From Thermoplasmata archaeon (lineage in GTDB: Archaea; Thermoplasmatota; Thermoplasmata; UBA10834; DTMW01), in NCBI GenBank assembly GCA_038852105.1, contig JAWCKK010000006.1:16072-80071 (forward strand): DNA of 64,000 nucleotides, read 5' to 3'. Position 1 is the stretch's first letter; the number at the start of each line of letters is the position of its first letter. The notes beneath the pieces were generated by a model, which was given only the letters and a program-made list of their open reading frames with translations, was not told the origin of the DNA and did no database searches. Of the stretch, positions 17,313 to 27,249 are shown in pieces. The position numbers and the translations under genes are program-made.

Positions 17313-20186
17313 TCAACCGCCTCTGATTCTCAGCACCTCTGAAAGCTTGATCTTACCGGCCCGTGAGGTCGCGATGAGCGACGCAATGATTAGTGCGACA
17401 ATCGATATGAGCAACACCGAGAAGCTGACAAGAGTGAATACCATCCTTCTTTCGACGGCGGAATAGAGGACTTCTCCTGAGAGAGCATTGAACAGGAAGG
17501 CGGTCAGGACGCCTACGCATGTCCCGACAACGAGTCCCAAAATCATCAGGCTCAACGACTCGCCCATGAGTATCTTCCTGAGCTGTCCTCCCGAGGAGCC
17601 TCTCGCCATGATGCATGCAAGTTCGTTCTCGCGGTCATGCACGGAAACGAATATCAGCAGCCCCACGCCGATTGCCATGATCACGATCGAGAGGACGTAT
17701 TCCATGCGGAGGAAATCCGTCAACGAGAAGAAGGTCGGATCCTTGCTCAGTGCATCAAGTCTTTCCTGCAGTATCGTTGTGGTGACTGCGAGATTTTCAT
17801 TTTCCAATATGGTTTTCGCCGCGAACGCAACCTCTATTGGGTCTTCCCCGTCAGCTACATCGATTAGCGCCCCGTTGCTCGTGATAATCCCGGTAAAGTT
17901 CGCATAAGGTATCTTCGAAATGACGCTGCGGTCCATGAACGCATCGATGCCGGGAAAACCGGGCAGGCCTTTTACAAGTCCGACGATTGTGACCCTAACG
18001 AGATTGTATTTGGTGTAGCTCATCATCACCACGTTCAGCTCATCGCCCACCCTGAGTCCGAAAGAATCGGCGACATCTTTGCTAAGCAGCATACTGTTCT
18101 CGCCGCTCGATTCCCTAAGGATTTCGCTCCCCACGCCGACGAAATAGAAATTGCTCGGTTTGACGGTTTCAAAATAGTCTGTGAAATTCATGATAACACT
18201 TCGTTCATGGGGCCAGATGGAGGTAATATCCAGAACAGCGTCCAGTTTGGAATATGTCACGGAATGCGAGACGCCTTCCAATGAACTGAGCCCATCGAGC
18301 ATCGCCGGACTCACGGCCAAATCTCTGGGGCTAGAAACGGGTGAAACGAGATTGATATCGGCTCCTACCTCAAAGCTCACTTTTTCTTGCTCGTAGCTGA
18401 CTGTAGATTCCATGGTTATGGAAATGAACAGTCCGAATGCCAACGCTAACGAGATGATGATGCATAGGTTCGAGGCTCTGCGAGGGTTCCTGACGATGTT
18501 CTTGTCGACCAAATAATGCAGATCCTTTGTCCACGGTTTGACGAACCAAGCGAACTTCGAATAGATTTTTCTCGAACCCCTTGTGAGAATATGCACCAAG
18601 CTCAGGGAGAGCATGAACGGTAGCAACGGGAGAATGGTGATGCCGGAAAGCACGAGGATTCTGGCAATCGCCTCGACGACCCACGAAAACCCCTGATTGC
18701 TCACCCAATCGGATCCCAGAATTATCGATACGATGCTCCAGAGCGATAGTGCCAGAAGCACGAAATCTCCGCCCGCCCAATACGACAGCTCGGTCGCGCT
18801 CGGAGAGTAATGATGAAGTGCGCTCGTGACAGACGTCCTCGAAACGCGCTTGAATTGACCGTATGACGAGAGCAACATGAGCGAGATTCCGAGAAGAACG
18901 CTCAAGAAAATCGTTTCTGGAGAGGCTATGAAATCGGTCAACTCCGGTGCGGCCTCTCCGCCCAATGATGCGATTGAGCTCAGCATGAATCTGCTCACGA
19001 GGGCTCCCAGGAGAAGGGCCGCCACGCCGGAAATTGCACCGAGCAGGACGGCTTCGATGATCAGAGATCCGAATACCTGTTGGCTGCTGGCACCGCGTGA
19101 TTTCAGGATTGCCGCTTCCCGCCTTCGCTCGGTCACACCTAAATCCACGCCGACCATTGAGAGATACACGCCAAGAGCGAGCACAGGCACTGACAAAGCA
19201 AGAAATAGAGGCTCTTTTTCGCTGATATCGACGTTCAGAGAGCTTATTGAAGGAATCAGAAGACTCTCGGAAACGACGACGTCTACCGGTTCCAGTCTCA
19301 CGATCAGCCGTGTCTGTATCAGATTCAATCTTTCAACCGATGCTGGAAGGTTAGCGAGCGTGACGACGTCTTCGCGGTTGACCCAGATGAAGTAATTCAA
19401 ACCGACGGTATAGAGCGAGGTGGATCCCGCGCGATCAAACCACAAGTCGTAGTCCTCGATATTGAAAACTATCGGATTCCTCGCCACCCCCATCCATATG
19501 TTGTCTTCTCCTGCTATCATGAATTTGGTGTTGAACCCATTGTGATTCAGCTCTCTATGTCCGGGTTGCGTCCATATGCTCGAGATTGGCAAGGTTATGT
19601 TGAGATATGTTATGTTCCGGATTCCCACGATGGTGCCCTTTTCGTAAAGGTATGTGATGTGCTTGAAAACACATGTGATATTGTCGCCGACCGCAAGATT
19701 AAGAGAATCGGCGATATCTTTCGGGACCGCGACAAATCCTGACTCTGGAAGGCTCCCGGATATCTTGAAGGAATCCAGAACTTGCCGGCTGCCACTGGAT
19801 AGGAATATCAGGCTTCCGTCGAAATTCTGCCCCTCCTCGTTGAGATAAACACCTCCAGAGCTGTTCATGAGGCACGCGCTGCTGACGGAAATTATGGGCG
19901 TTGATATCTTGATGTCTTCAACGGATTCTATCATCGCATTCGTTGATGCGGCCCCGGTCAAGATATCGCTCGGGTATCGATTCGGGGTGCCGATGAAATC
20001 GACAGGAACTCCATTTACCGCCGCTCTGAGCAGGCCGATACCCGAGGTGTCGACCGCGATCAAAGAGCCCGAAATGAGGGATAGCGCAATCGTTATCCCG
20101 ATAAGGGCATACAGCGATCGTTTCCTGTTGCGTAGAACGGATCCAATCGAATAATATACAAATGATCCAATACGCAGAGTCCCCAT
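17313..20186 (-). CDS. FtsX/MacB-like ABC permease (duplicated architecture)
   Basis: 957 aa; two FtsX-type motifs ERRREAAILKSRGAS and DRENELACIMARGSS; RNPRR; two large extracellular domains. Confidence 0.88.
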   Translation of the reverse strand: MGTLRIGSFVYYSIGSVLRNRKRSLYALIGITIALSLISGSLIAVDTSGIGLLRAAVNGVPVDFIGTPNRYPSDILTGAASTNAMIESVEDIKISTPIISVSSACLMNSSGGVYLNEEGQNFDGSLIFLSSGSRQVLDSFKISGSLPESGFVAVPKDIADSLNLAVGDNITCVFKHITYLYEKGTIVGIRNITYLNITLPISSIWTQPGHRELNHNGFNTKFMIAGEDNIWMGVARNPIVFNIEDYDLWFDRAGSTSLYTVGLNYFIWVNREDVVTLANLPASVERLNLIQTRLIVRLEPVDVVVSESLLIPSISSLNVDISEKEPLFLALSVPVLALGVYLSMVGVDLGVTERRREAAILKSRGASSQQVFGSLIIEAVLLGAISGVAALLLGALVSRFMLSSIASLGGEAAPELTDFIASPETIFLSVLLGISLMLLSSYGQFKRVSRTSVTSALHHYSPSATELSYWAGGDFVLLALSLWSIVSIILGSDWVSNQGFSWVVEAIARILVLSGITILPLLPFMLSLSLVHILTRGSRKIYSKFAWFVKPWTKDLHYLVDKNIVRNPRRASNLCIIISLALAFGLFISITMESTVSYEQEKVSFEVGADINLVSPVSSPRDLAVSPAMLDGLSSLEGVSHSVTYSKLDAVLDITSIWPHERSVIMNFTDYFETVKPSNFYFVGVGSEILRESSGENSMLLSKDVADSFGLRVGDELNVVMMSYTKYNLVRVTIVGLVKGLPGFPGIDAFMDRSVISKIPYANFTGIITSNGALIDVADGEDPIEVAFAAKTILENENLAVTTTILQERLDALSKDPTFFSLTDFLRMEYVLSIVIMAIGVGLLIFVSVHDRENELACIMARGSSGGQLRKILMGESLSLMILGLVVGTCVGVLTAFLFNALSGEVLYSAVERRMVFTLVSFSVLLISIVALIIASLIATSRAGKIKLSEVLRIRGG

Positions 20187-20528
20187 CGGTTGGCCGCATG
20201 AAGTAGGGACTATATGAAGAATGACCGCAAATTAGATAATCGCTTATCGGGGAGAATGCGGGCTTCTTTGCCTATTTGGCAACGCCGTCCAGATAAAAAG
20301 GTTTCGCGAAATCAATGCCCCCTACGACGAGTCGTCGGGCCTTAAAGTGCCCAAGAAACGAATAAGGGGCAGAGTATGTGCAAGTTTCTCAATACCTCCG
20401 AATTGGCAATAACGGAAGGAGGATAGGGCGATTCTTCAATAACGATGATTCCATATGCGGGCGACGGCTATCACCAACAATATTGGAAACTCGAATCAAT
20501 TTATAAGTCCTCAATCATCTTTACTGCG

Positions 20529-21191
20529 ATGAGCGAATTTTCGCCAGTTGCAGCAGGAGAAGAACACAATCTTGAGGCCATTACCTTTCGGAGATATGAG
20601 CCGGCAGACTTCCCGAGATGCGCGGAGATGACAGTCAATGCCTGGCCAGAACTGGCAGGGATCGGACTTGGTCGCGCCGTCATGGAATGGTATGGTTGGC
20701 CGGCAACCTGGAAGGAGGTCGCCTGCATCTCCGACACCGCAATCGGCATCCTCTTCGGGAAGGTCAATTGTGATTTAGGGATGGTCGGCAAACTTAGGAC
20801 GCGTCTTGCTCATGCAACGGTATATCTGAAGCTGCTCTTGGGTCTTTATGGAAGGATGCCTCATCGACTCCAATTCGTAAGAAACGGGTTGAAAGATGAT
20901 AGGAATATCGCTGCGAATTCGCCAGAAGCCGATGCTGAGGTTCTTTATTTGGTCGTCGACTCGGCCCATCGGAAAAAGGGCATCGGGAAGAAGCTGATGA
21001 GCAGGTTTATCGACTATGCGAAGAGGAGAGGTGCAAAGAGGATTTCCGTATACACTACTGAGCCGGGGAGCGACTGGGGATTCTACGAGAGTTACGGCTT
21101 CAGGAAATATAGCTCATTCCATGACAGCTTCATGACGCTCCTCCGTAATGAAGAAGTGAAAGGGATGATATATGTCTTCGACATCCAATGA
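20529..21191 (+). CDS. GNAT family N-acetyltransferase
   Basis: LVVDSAHRKKGIGKKL acetyl-CoA motif, FYESYGF; TTTATAA ~22-29 nt before ATG 20529. Confidence 0.88.
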   Translation: MSEFSPVAAGEEHNLEAITFRRYEPADFPRCAEMTVNAWPELAGIGLGRAVMEWYGWPATWKEVACISDTAIGILFGKVNCDLGMVGKLRTRLAHATVYLKLLLGLYGRMPHRLQFVRNGLKDDRNIAANSPEADAEVLYLVVDSAHRKKGIGKKLMSRFIDYAKRRGAKRISVYTTEPGSDWGFYESYGFRKYSSFHDSFMTLLRNEEVKGMIYVFDIQ

Positions 21192-21382
21192 GATTCCCAT
21201 TATATCAGATCAAGTACTTCCTATCTGCAAAGGATTCTGACTCAGCTTTTCTTTCTATGCGAACATAGAAACCGGAATCTCGACAGGATCGGTCCATTCG
21301 TCTCAACAAGAGATATATGCTTCGTTGATAGTTCTACATAAGAAAGGAGGAAGGAGAAATACCTGAGATTGACAGAGGGCAT

Positions 21383-22726
21383 TTGCAGGCGCACGATGCG
21401 CCGAAAACGCTCATCGTGATTTTGATGATGATTGCACTTACTATCAGCACGGCGATCTTATTGCAGCAGTTGCAGGTATCAAACGAGGATGCTTCTGAGC
21501 CCTCTCCCGTGAGGACGGCATATACAATGCATGCGTCTATTCACATTGATGGCGATTCGGGATTTCTCGGCTCGAACGCATCAACAGGAATCAGCCGGGG
21601 TAGCGGCACCGCTTCGGACCCGTACATCATAGAGGGCTGGGAAATCAGCTCCTCAACGCTCAACGGCATTCAGATAGACAATGCGAATGCATATTTCATT
21701 ATCAGGAACTGCTACATTCACGTCGGCTGGAGTTCCTATAACTCTGGCATCTACCTGTATTCCTCAGGGAATGGCACCATCATGGAGAATGTACTTTCGA
21801 ATAACTATTACGGGATATATCTTCTTTCATCATCCAATAATTCGGTCGTCAACAACAACTGCTCGCAAAATTGGGGATTCGGGGCATACTTCGAAGACTC
21901 ATCGGACAACTCTTTTCTTGATAACCTCTGCTGTTCGAACGGTTTCAGCGGCGTATATCTCGACTACCCATCGAATCGCAATGATCTTGTCAACAATACC
22001 TGTTGCACGAACAATTGGAACGGAATCTGGCTCACGACATCCACCGGTAACAATCTCATTGCCAACAACTGTTCATACAATTCGAACTGCGGCATATACC
22101 TTTATTATCCGTCGGACAGCAACATCGCAAACAATACCTGCTCCGGCAACGATTACGGGATATATCTCGAGGGCTGTTCGAACAACACCATCATGAACAA
22201 CACGTGCCGCTCGAATATTTGGTATGGTCTGGTCCTCGATGGTGCATCGAACAATACACTCACCAACAACGCCTGCTCGGACAATCTGCTTGGTATATAC
22301 CTTGAAGACTCATCGAGCTTCAATACAATCGCTCACAATTCTATCTGCAATAACACCCTGCACGGAATTTATTCGTCCTCGTCCAATCGGAACACCTTCT
22401 TCAACAACAGTTTCTGGTATAACAACGGCGCGACCGATACGTATGCATCGGATCACGCGCAGGCTTACGACTCAGGAACGGGGAACAGATGGAACAGCAC
22501 GGACGGGTACGGCAACTTCTGGTGCGATTGGACAACTCCTGATGACGATATCAACGGCATTGTTGACCGCCCGTACAACATCTCTGGAAGCGCCGGAGCC
22601 AAGGACTGGTATCCGCTGACTTCGTTCCCCTATATCCCCGAGTTCGCTTCCGCGGGCGCCTTTGCACTCACCACGGTGTTAGTCGCTGTTCTCGCGATAG
22701 CGATTCGGCGCTCACGGCGAGCATAG
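21383..22726 (+). CDS. NosD/CASH right-handed beta-helix surface glycoprotein with PEF-CTERM sorting signal
   Basis: Repeated GIYL..S.NN.I.NN.C units, GNFW.D, C-terminal IPEF + TM + RRSRRA. Confidence 0.88.
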   Translation: MQAHDAPKTLIVILMMIALTISTAILLQQLQVSNEDASEPSPVRTAYTMHASIHIDGDSGFLGSNASTGISRGSGTASDPYIIEGWEISSSTLNGIQIDNANAYFIIRNCYIHVGWSSYNSGIYLYSSGNGTIMENVLSNNYYGIYLLSSSNNSVVNNNCSQNWGFGAYFEDSSDNSFLDNLCCSNGFSGVYLDYPSNRNDLVNNTCCTNNWNGIWLTTSTGNNLIANNCSYNSNCGIYLYYPSDSNIANNTCSGNDYGIYLEGCSNNTIMNNTCRSNIWYGLVLDGASNNTLTNNACSDNLLGIYLEDSSSFNTIAHNSICNNTLHGIYSSSSNRNTFFNNSFWYNNGATDTYASDHAQAYDSGTGNRWNSTDGYGNFWCDWTTPDDDINGIVDRPYNISGSAGAKDWYPLTSFPYIPEFASAGAFALTTVLVAVLAIAIRRSRRA

Positions 22727-22777
22727 ATGCCTCTGCTCGATTAATCGATATTGAAAAATAGAAAGGGTTTAGTCTGC

Positions 22778-24874
22778 TCAGGCTTTGAGCAGACCGAACC
22801 TGTAGTTCGTCGGTCCCGAGTCAGGCCATACGATTATGTAGATGTCCCTGTACCCGGAGAACCCTGCCAGGTTGATCGTTCCCGTCTCGGTGTCGTCCGC
22901 GAGGCTAAGTCTCACCATCTTGTAAGGCAACGATATCTCGTCGTTACTGTACGCGGGCGCATATATGATGACCGAAAAGTCGACCTCCTCAGGCGGCAGG
23001 AGAGATTCGAACGATCTCACGTCGTCACCGTTGTCGACAACGACGCCATTTATCGCGATGTTATCGACGAACCATCCGATCTCCGTGTATGCCCAGTCGG
23101 TCATGTATCTGAACGCGAGCATTATTTCGCTGCCTGCGTAGGCCGAGAGGTCGAACGCCATGTTGCCCTGCCAGGATCCAGTGAGCCCGGGCATGTTCGC
23201 GGCTATCGCCGGGTGTCCTTCGATCACTATGTCGTACGTCGTGTACTCGTTCTCGAGCGACGTCCAGGTCATGCCGCCGTCAGTCGACACCTGCACGAAG
23301 CCGAAATCCCAGTAGGATTCTATCGAGTAGTACGTGTCGAAGGTCAGGACGGCCGAGCTCATCCCCGTCAGGTCTATCGTCGCCGTTATCGCGACATCCC
23401 TCAAATCGCTGGCACCGGAGTACCAGACCATGCCTGAGAGCCCAGGGACCGCAGGAGCCGTCGTCAGCTTCCAGCCGGGGTCGTAGTAATCGTTCCCGTC
23501 GAACTTGAAGTTCAGCTTCGGCAGCTGCCCGACCCTGTTGCCCTGTATCTTCAGGTAATCCGTGCCGTAGGGCCCTATCAGATACGTCATGGTGTTGTAG
23601 CCGTCATATGTCCAGGTGTACTGGAAGGCGTACGACTGGGTGACGAACCCCATCCCGGGCTTGATCTTCAGCGTAGTGAGTTCGCCGGCTCTCGGGTCGT
23701 TCAAATCGAGCGACACATAATTGTACCATCCGTCCCCGAAGTCGTCAGAATGTATCAGATTGGCCAACGTCCAAGCCTCGAACACCTTGTCGAAGTCCCA
23801 GTCGGCATAGCCTTCATCTGCCAAAGTATCTGTCACGCTCTCCTCGCCGTTCAGCTCATTCGCAGCCAGGGCGGAGATGAAATCCGCTCCGCCGAAGTGG
23901 TCGTTGAGGTAGATCGTGAACATCGCGGCTGCGCCGTAATCGGCGAGTATGTTGATGTCTCCCTGGTCGCCCCATTCGGTGAGGGAGTTGTCAGGAGTGT
24001 ACAGGAACCTCGCGATGTAAGGCCAAGGCTCGCCGTATCCGCAGAGCATCTCGGCGTACATCGAGCAGCCCTCGTTGATGAATGCGACCTCGTCTGCGTC
24101 GAGGTCGTCGTGCAACAGGTGCTGGTACTCGTGCGCGACCGTAGATTCGTAGACGAAAGGCCTTGCGACGTCCGGGCCGATCCTGTTCGCCCAGTCATAG
24201 CTGTCGATGTGTATTATGTTCCTGTCGAGGTAGAATTCCATGACAGGCGAATAATACCCGGCTATGTACGATGGGTATGTCGGGTCATAGTAGCTCTCGT
24301 CCACCATGTTCCAGACCATGATCATGAGCTTGCCGTCGTCGTCGTTGAAGAACGGCAGCCCCCAAAGTTCGAACATGGAATTCGATCCATCATGGAACGC
24401 CGGGGTTCCGAAGTAGACCGACTCGATAGGATAGATTACGTTCTCGAACTCGTTGATGATATATTCGACCTGCCAGTCGTATATCGTGACCTTATCGGGA
24501 TCGTCGTTCCTCGGGTCTCCGGCCGGGAAGCTCAGGTCCGTCGCCACCCAAACCTCTACCAGGCTGCCCTCGCCTCTCTTCTCGAACTCGATGAAGTTGC
24601 TCGTGCCGTATCCGTCCACGTAATAGAACTCCTTGTCGCCGACGTCGTAATAGTCGGCCGACCCAGTTCTGTAAGATACGGTTGAGGCCGATGCCGATAC
24701 CGCTGCCTCGTCAGGTTGTGCTTTCCTAATCTCAGGTCCGATGTCCTTCTTCATGACGTCAGCGATGCTCGGTACGGGCGATTCCGCAGCAGAGCAGGGG
24801 ATGACGATCGCGGAGAAGGCTCCGATGACCATCAGCATGACTATCGCTAAGCTTGCTGTCTTTGTCAATTTCAT
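22778..24874 (-). CDS. secreted zinc metallopeptidase (M6 immune-inhibitor-A / M30-like)
   Basis: Signal peptide MKLTKTASLAIVML, AHEYQH...NEG zinc motif, C-terminal jelly-roll (WDFGFVQVSTDGG, FRYMTD..GWFVDNI). Confidence 0.82.
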   Translation of the reverse strand: MKLTKTASLAIVMLMVIGAFSAIVIPCSAAESPVPSIADVMKKDIGPEIRKAQPDEAAVSASASTVSYRTGSADYYDVGDKEFYYVDGYGTSNFIEFEKRGEGSLVEVWVATDLSFPAGDPRNDDPDKVTIYDWQVEYIINEFENVIYPIESVYFGTPAFHDGSNSMFELWGLPFFNDDDGKLMIMVWNMVDESYYDPTYPSYIAGYYSPVMEFYLDRNIIHIDSYDWANRIGPDVARPFVYESTVAHEYQHLLHDDLDADEVAFINEGCSMYAEMLCGYGEPWPYIARFLYTPDNSLTEWGDQGDINILADYGAAAMFTIYLNDHFGGADFISALAANELNGEESVTDTLADEGYADWDFDKVFEAWTLANLIHSDDFGDGWYNYVSLDLNDPRAGELTTLKIKPGMGFVTQSYAFQYTWTYDGYNTMTYLIGPYGTDYLKIQGNRVGQLPKLNFKFDGNDYYDPGWKLTTAPAVPGLSGMVWYSGASDLRDVAITATIDLTGMSSAVLTFDTYYSIESYWDFGFVQVSTDGGMTWTSLENEYTTYDIVIEGHPAIAANMPGLTGSWQGNMAFDLSAYAGSEIMLAFRYMTDWAYTEIGWFVDNIAINGVVVDNGDDVRSFESLLPPEEVDFSVIIYAPAYSNDEISLPYKMVRLSLADDTETGTINLAGFSGYRDIYIIVWPDSGPTNYRFGLLKA

Positions 24875-25019
24875 TTTGCCCCCCTCATTTGCCCGCAAGA
24901 ATTCGGGCGGCCACATATTCAATTACGAGATAATCAACTTTGTCATAAATGTTCGAAATCTCTTGACGAAAATCTTAATTGGATGAAGGAGGAGAGGCGT
25001 ACCTTCCAATGTCGACCGG

Positions 25020-25757
25020 TTATCCGATTCTCTTCAATCTTCTGATCATTGACAGGCAGTTTTTCGGCGCATGCGCGTCGACGTCGTTGTTCCAGTAGCC
25101 GAACACCTCTTTCACATCGAGATCGGCAAGTATCCTCGCCCACCTGTCAATCTCGTTTTTCGAGTAGTTATGGGCGTACCACGCACTGCTACCATGCCAT
25201 CTCACGTAGGCGAAAGGCGCGGTGACCTCGTCATCAACTGTCATCTCCGGGGAGTCTATCAGACAGGTTGCTATGCTGTACCTCTCCAGCAATGATCGGG
25301 TTTTCAAGGAGAACCATTCTCGATTTCGGAACTCGATTGCGAACCTGTTTTTCCCTGGCAAGGTCTCCAGGAATTTTTCCAGTATGGTCAGGTTCGGTTT
25401 CAACCCCGGAGGAAGTTGAATGAGGATAGGACCCAATTTCCTTCCTAGTATCCCCAACCTTCCAAGGAAGGCGGAGAGGAGCTCGTCCGAATTCCTGAGC
25501 TTTTTCAGATGGGTGATCTGCCGACTGAGCTTGGGGCAGAATATGAAACCCTCGGGGGTCCTTTTCGCCCAGCTCTTGACCATCTGCTCGAATGGAAGTC
25601 TGTAAAAGGACATGTTCAGCTCGACCGTATCGAAATGCCTGCAATACTCCTCGAGCATGTCCTTCGGCGTGCATGCGTCCGAATAGAATTTTCCGATCCA
25701 ATCCGAATAGCTCCAGCCGCTGCATCCGAGCCTGTACCGCTTCATCTCGGATATCAA
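25020..25757 (-). CDS. DUF72 (YecE-like) family protein
   Basis: GCSGWSY, TVELNMSFY, LIQLPP, AIEFRN, YVRWHG, YWNND. Confidence 0.92.
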   Translation of the reverse strand: MISEMKRYRLGCSGWSYSDWIGKFYSDACTPKDMLEEYCRHFDTVELNMSFYRLPFEQMVKSWAKRTPEGFIFCPKLSRQITHLKKLRNSDELLSAFLGRLGILGRKLGPILIQLPPGLKPNLTILEKFLETLPGKNRFAIEFRNREWFSLKTRSLLERYSIATCLIDSPEMTVDDEVTAPFAYVRWHGSSAWYAHNYSKNEIDRWARILADLDVKEVFGYWNNDVDAHAPKNCLSMIRRLKRIG

Positions 25758-25824
25758 CGTCCTTTGGAGATAAGGAAATTACCCTCGGGAAGAAAGGCGG
25801 GATTATATCGGGCCATCGAATGCC

Positions 25825-26796
25825 TCAAGACAATTCCATAGTTCCCGCGACGCGCAATTTTCCGCCATCGAGATAGCAAAGAACGCACTTCGATCCCGGG
25901 AGATGGACCAGGGGCTTGTCGAGAGCGATTTTCATTCTCGGGTTCCTCCAATCACCGTCGTCGGAAACGGATTCGACCCTCGCGCTCACGAACTGCATCC
26001 AGTGGCCAATATGAACAGGCATGTCCTCCTTGAACGGGGATGGCCAGTACTTGACAAGGCTCGCGTCGGACTCGATTACCAGAGTGCTCTTCACATCAGG
26101 ATTGTTCGTGAGCACCATTCCCCTCTCTAGGTCGGATACCTCCACGCCCTTGATTGCAAGGCCCACGAGATCTCCCTTGGCCGCCCACTCGGAATCGGCA
26201 TCATGCTTCTGTATGGATTTTACTTCGACCGTCTTTCCGCCGGGCAGAACCTTCAATTTGTCGTGCCTCTTGATGACCCCTTCGAACACTCGACCCAGGG
26301 CGACCGTCCCAACGCCCTTGACATCGAAGAAATGATCGATCGGCACGCTTCCCGAAAAAACTGTGGTTCTTAGAGCTTCGTTCGACTCGACTTCTGTGGC
26401 ATCCTCCATCAGTTTCTCTCTTACCGTCGCCGGATTGTCTTCTAAGAAACTGTATCTCTCGAGGACGAGGTTCTTAATCAGCGGTGCAAGCTGTTCTTTC
26501 GTTATGCCGCCTCTTAGAACGATGTAACCGGGCTTGACGCTCAGACAATCGAGCATGAGAGCTGATTCTCCGAAGGCGGCGTCGAGCTTCTCGACAACTA
26601 CCAATGCCATATCAGCCATTGATGTCGCATAGAAAAGTGATGCGAGCTTCTCCGGATATCCGACCGGGACGACGATGTTCATCGTGACATCGTCCTTCTT
26701 GTTCTCGTAGAAAACGATGTCCGAAGCCGTAGATTGTTTTCCGAGTCCCTCCGCGTATTTCGAAGGTCCAATGTACGCAACTGTAAGATTGCCCAT
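25825..26796 (-). CDS. EF-Tu/SelB-like protein with degenerate GTPase domain
   Basis: Clear domain II (PIDHFFDVKGVGTVALG, VKSIQ, GDLVGLA, RGMVL) and domain III; G1/G3/G4 motifs not recognisable. Confidence 0.8.
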   Translation of the reverse strand: MGNLTVAYIGPSKYAEGLGKQSTASDIVFYENKKDDVTMNIVVPVGYPEKLASLFYATSMADMALVVVEKLDAAFGESALMLDCLSVKPGYIVLRGGITKEQLAPLIKNLVLERYSFLEDNPATVREKLMEDATEVESNEALRTTVFSGSVPIDHFFDVKGVGTVALGRVFEGVIKRHDKLKVLPGGKTVEVKSIQKHDADSEWAAKGDLVGLAIKGVEVSDLERGMVLTNNPDVKSTLVIESDASLVKYWPSPFKEDMPVHIGHWMQFVSARVESVSDDGDWRNPRMKIALDKPLVHLPGSKCVLCYLDGGKLRVAGTMELS

Positions 26797-27017
26797 GATG
26801 AGTCAATTCAAGTATGATGAGATATCTTTTGCGCTAGAAGAGGCTTCCTTTCGCCAGGTCCGCAGATAGGTTCCTAATCTTGCGCGTTGCCCTCGGCCAT
26901 CTGGTCAAAATTCGAGATTCACAGTGGACGAATCCAGATGCATTTCTGTAACAAAGAAATGATAGATTGCCATCGATTTTATAGTCAACAGTTATATTAT
27001 CCGATTGAGGATTTGCG

Positions 27018-27224
27018 ATGACATCGAGAATTTCTTTTTGGAGCGAAGAGCAAAAGAAAATCCAAGCCAAATACGACTTTCAATTGTCCAAGGAAGCGAT
27101 AGAGAGTTTGCTTGAAAGAATCAGGTCGCTTGAATCGCTTGGTAGAATGACGAAAAAGGAAAGCGCCCAGCTGCAGAAGTCCATCAAAGATATTCTGAAG
27201 AAGATTCAAAAGGCGACAGAATAG
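27018..27224 (+). CDS. small hypothetical helical protein
   Basis: 68 aa, amphipathic charged helices, GAGGA SD, 25 nt upstream of the ABC ATPase. Confidence 0.5.
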   Translation: MTSRISFWSEEQKKIQAKYDFQLSKEAIESLLERIRSLESLGRMTKKESAQLQKSIKDILKKIQKATE

Positions 27225-27249
27225 TTCAGCCGCTCGGAAGGAATGCCTA

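Noticed and set aside
16500-21299. Possible island integrated at tRNA-Ala, with TCGGTCCA at 21289-21296 as attR
   Set aside because: The exact match is only 8 bp, with no integrase or other mobility gene. The region looks accessory, but a mobile element is unsupported.
21760-22420. Asn-rich periodic repeats as a CRISPR or tandem DNA repeat
   Set aside because: They are protein-level beta-helix repeats with no identical nucleotide repeat-spacer structure.
26795-26838. C/D box sRNA (two ATGATGA box-C-like motifs)
   Set aside because: There is no proper terminal CTGA D box, and it overlaps a start codon and promoter on the other strand. It is kept only as a repeat observation.
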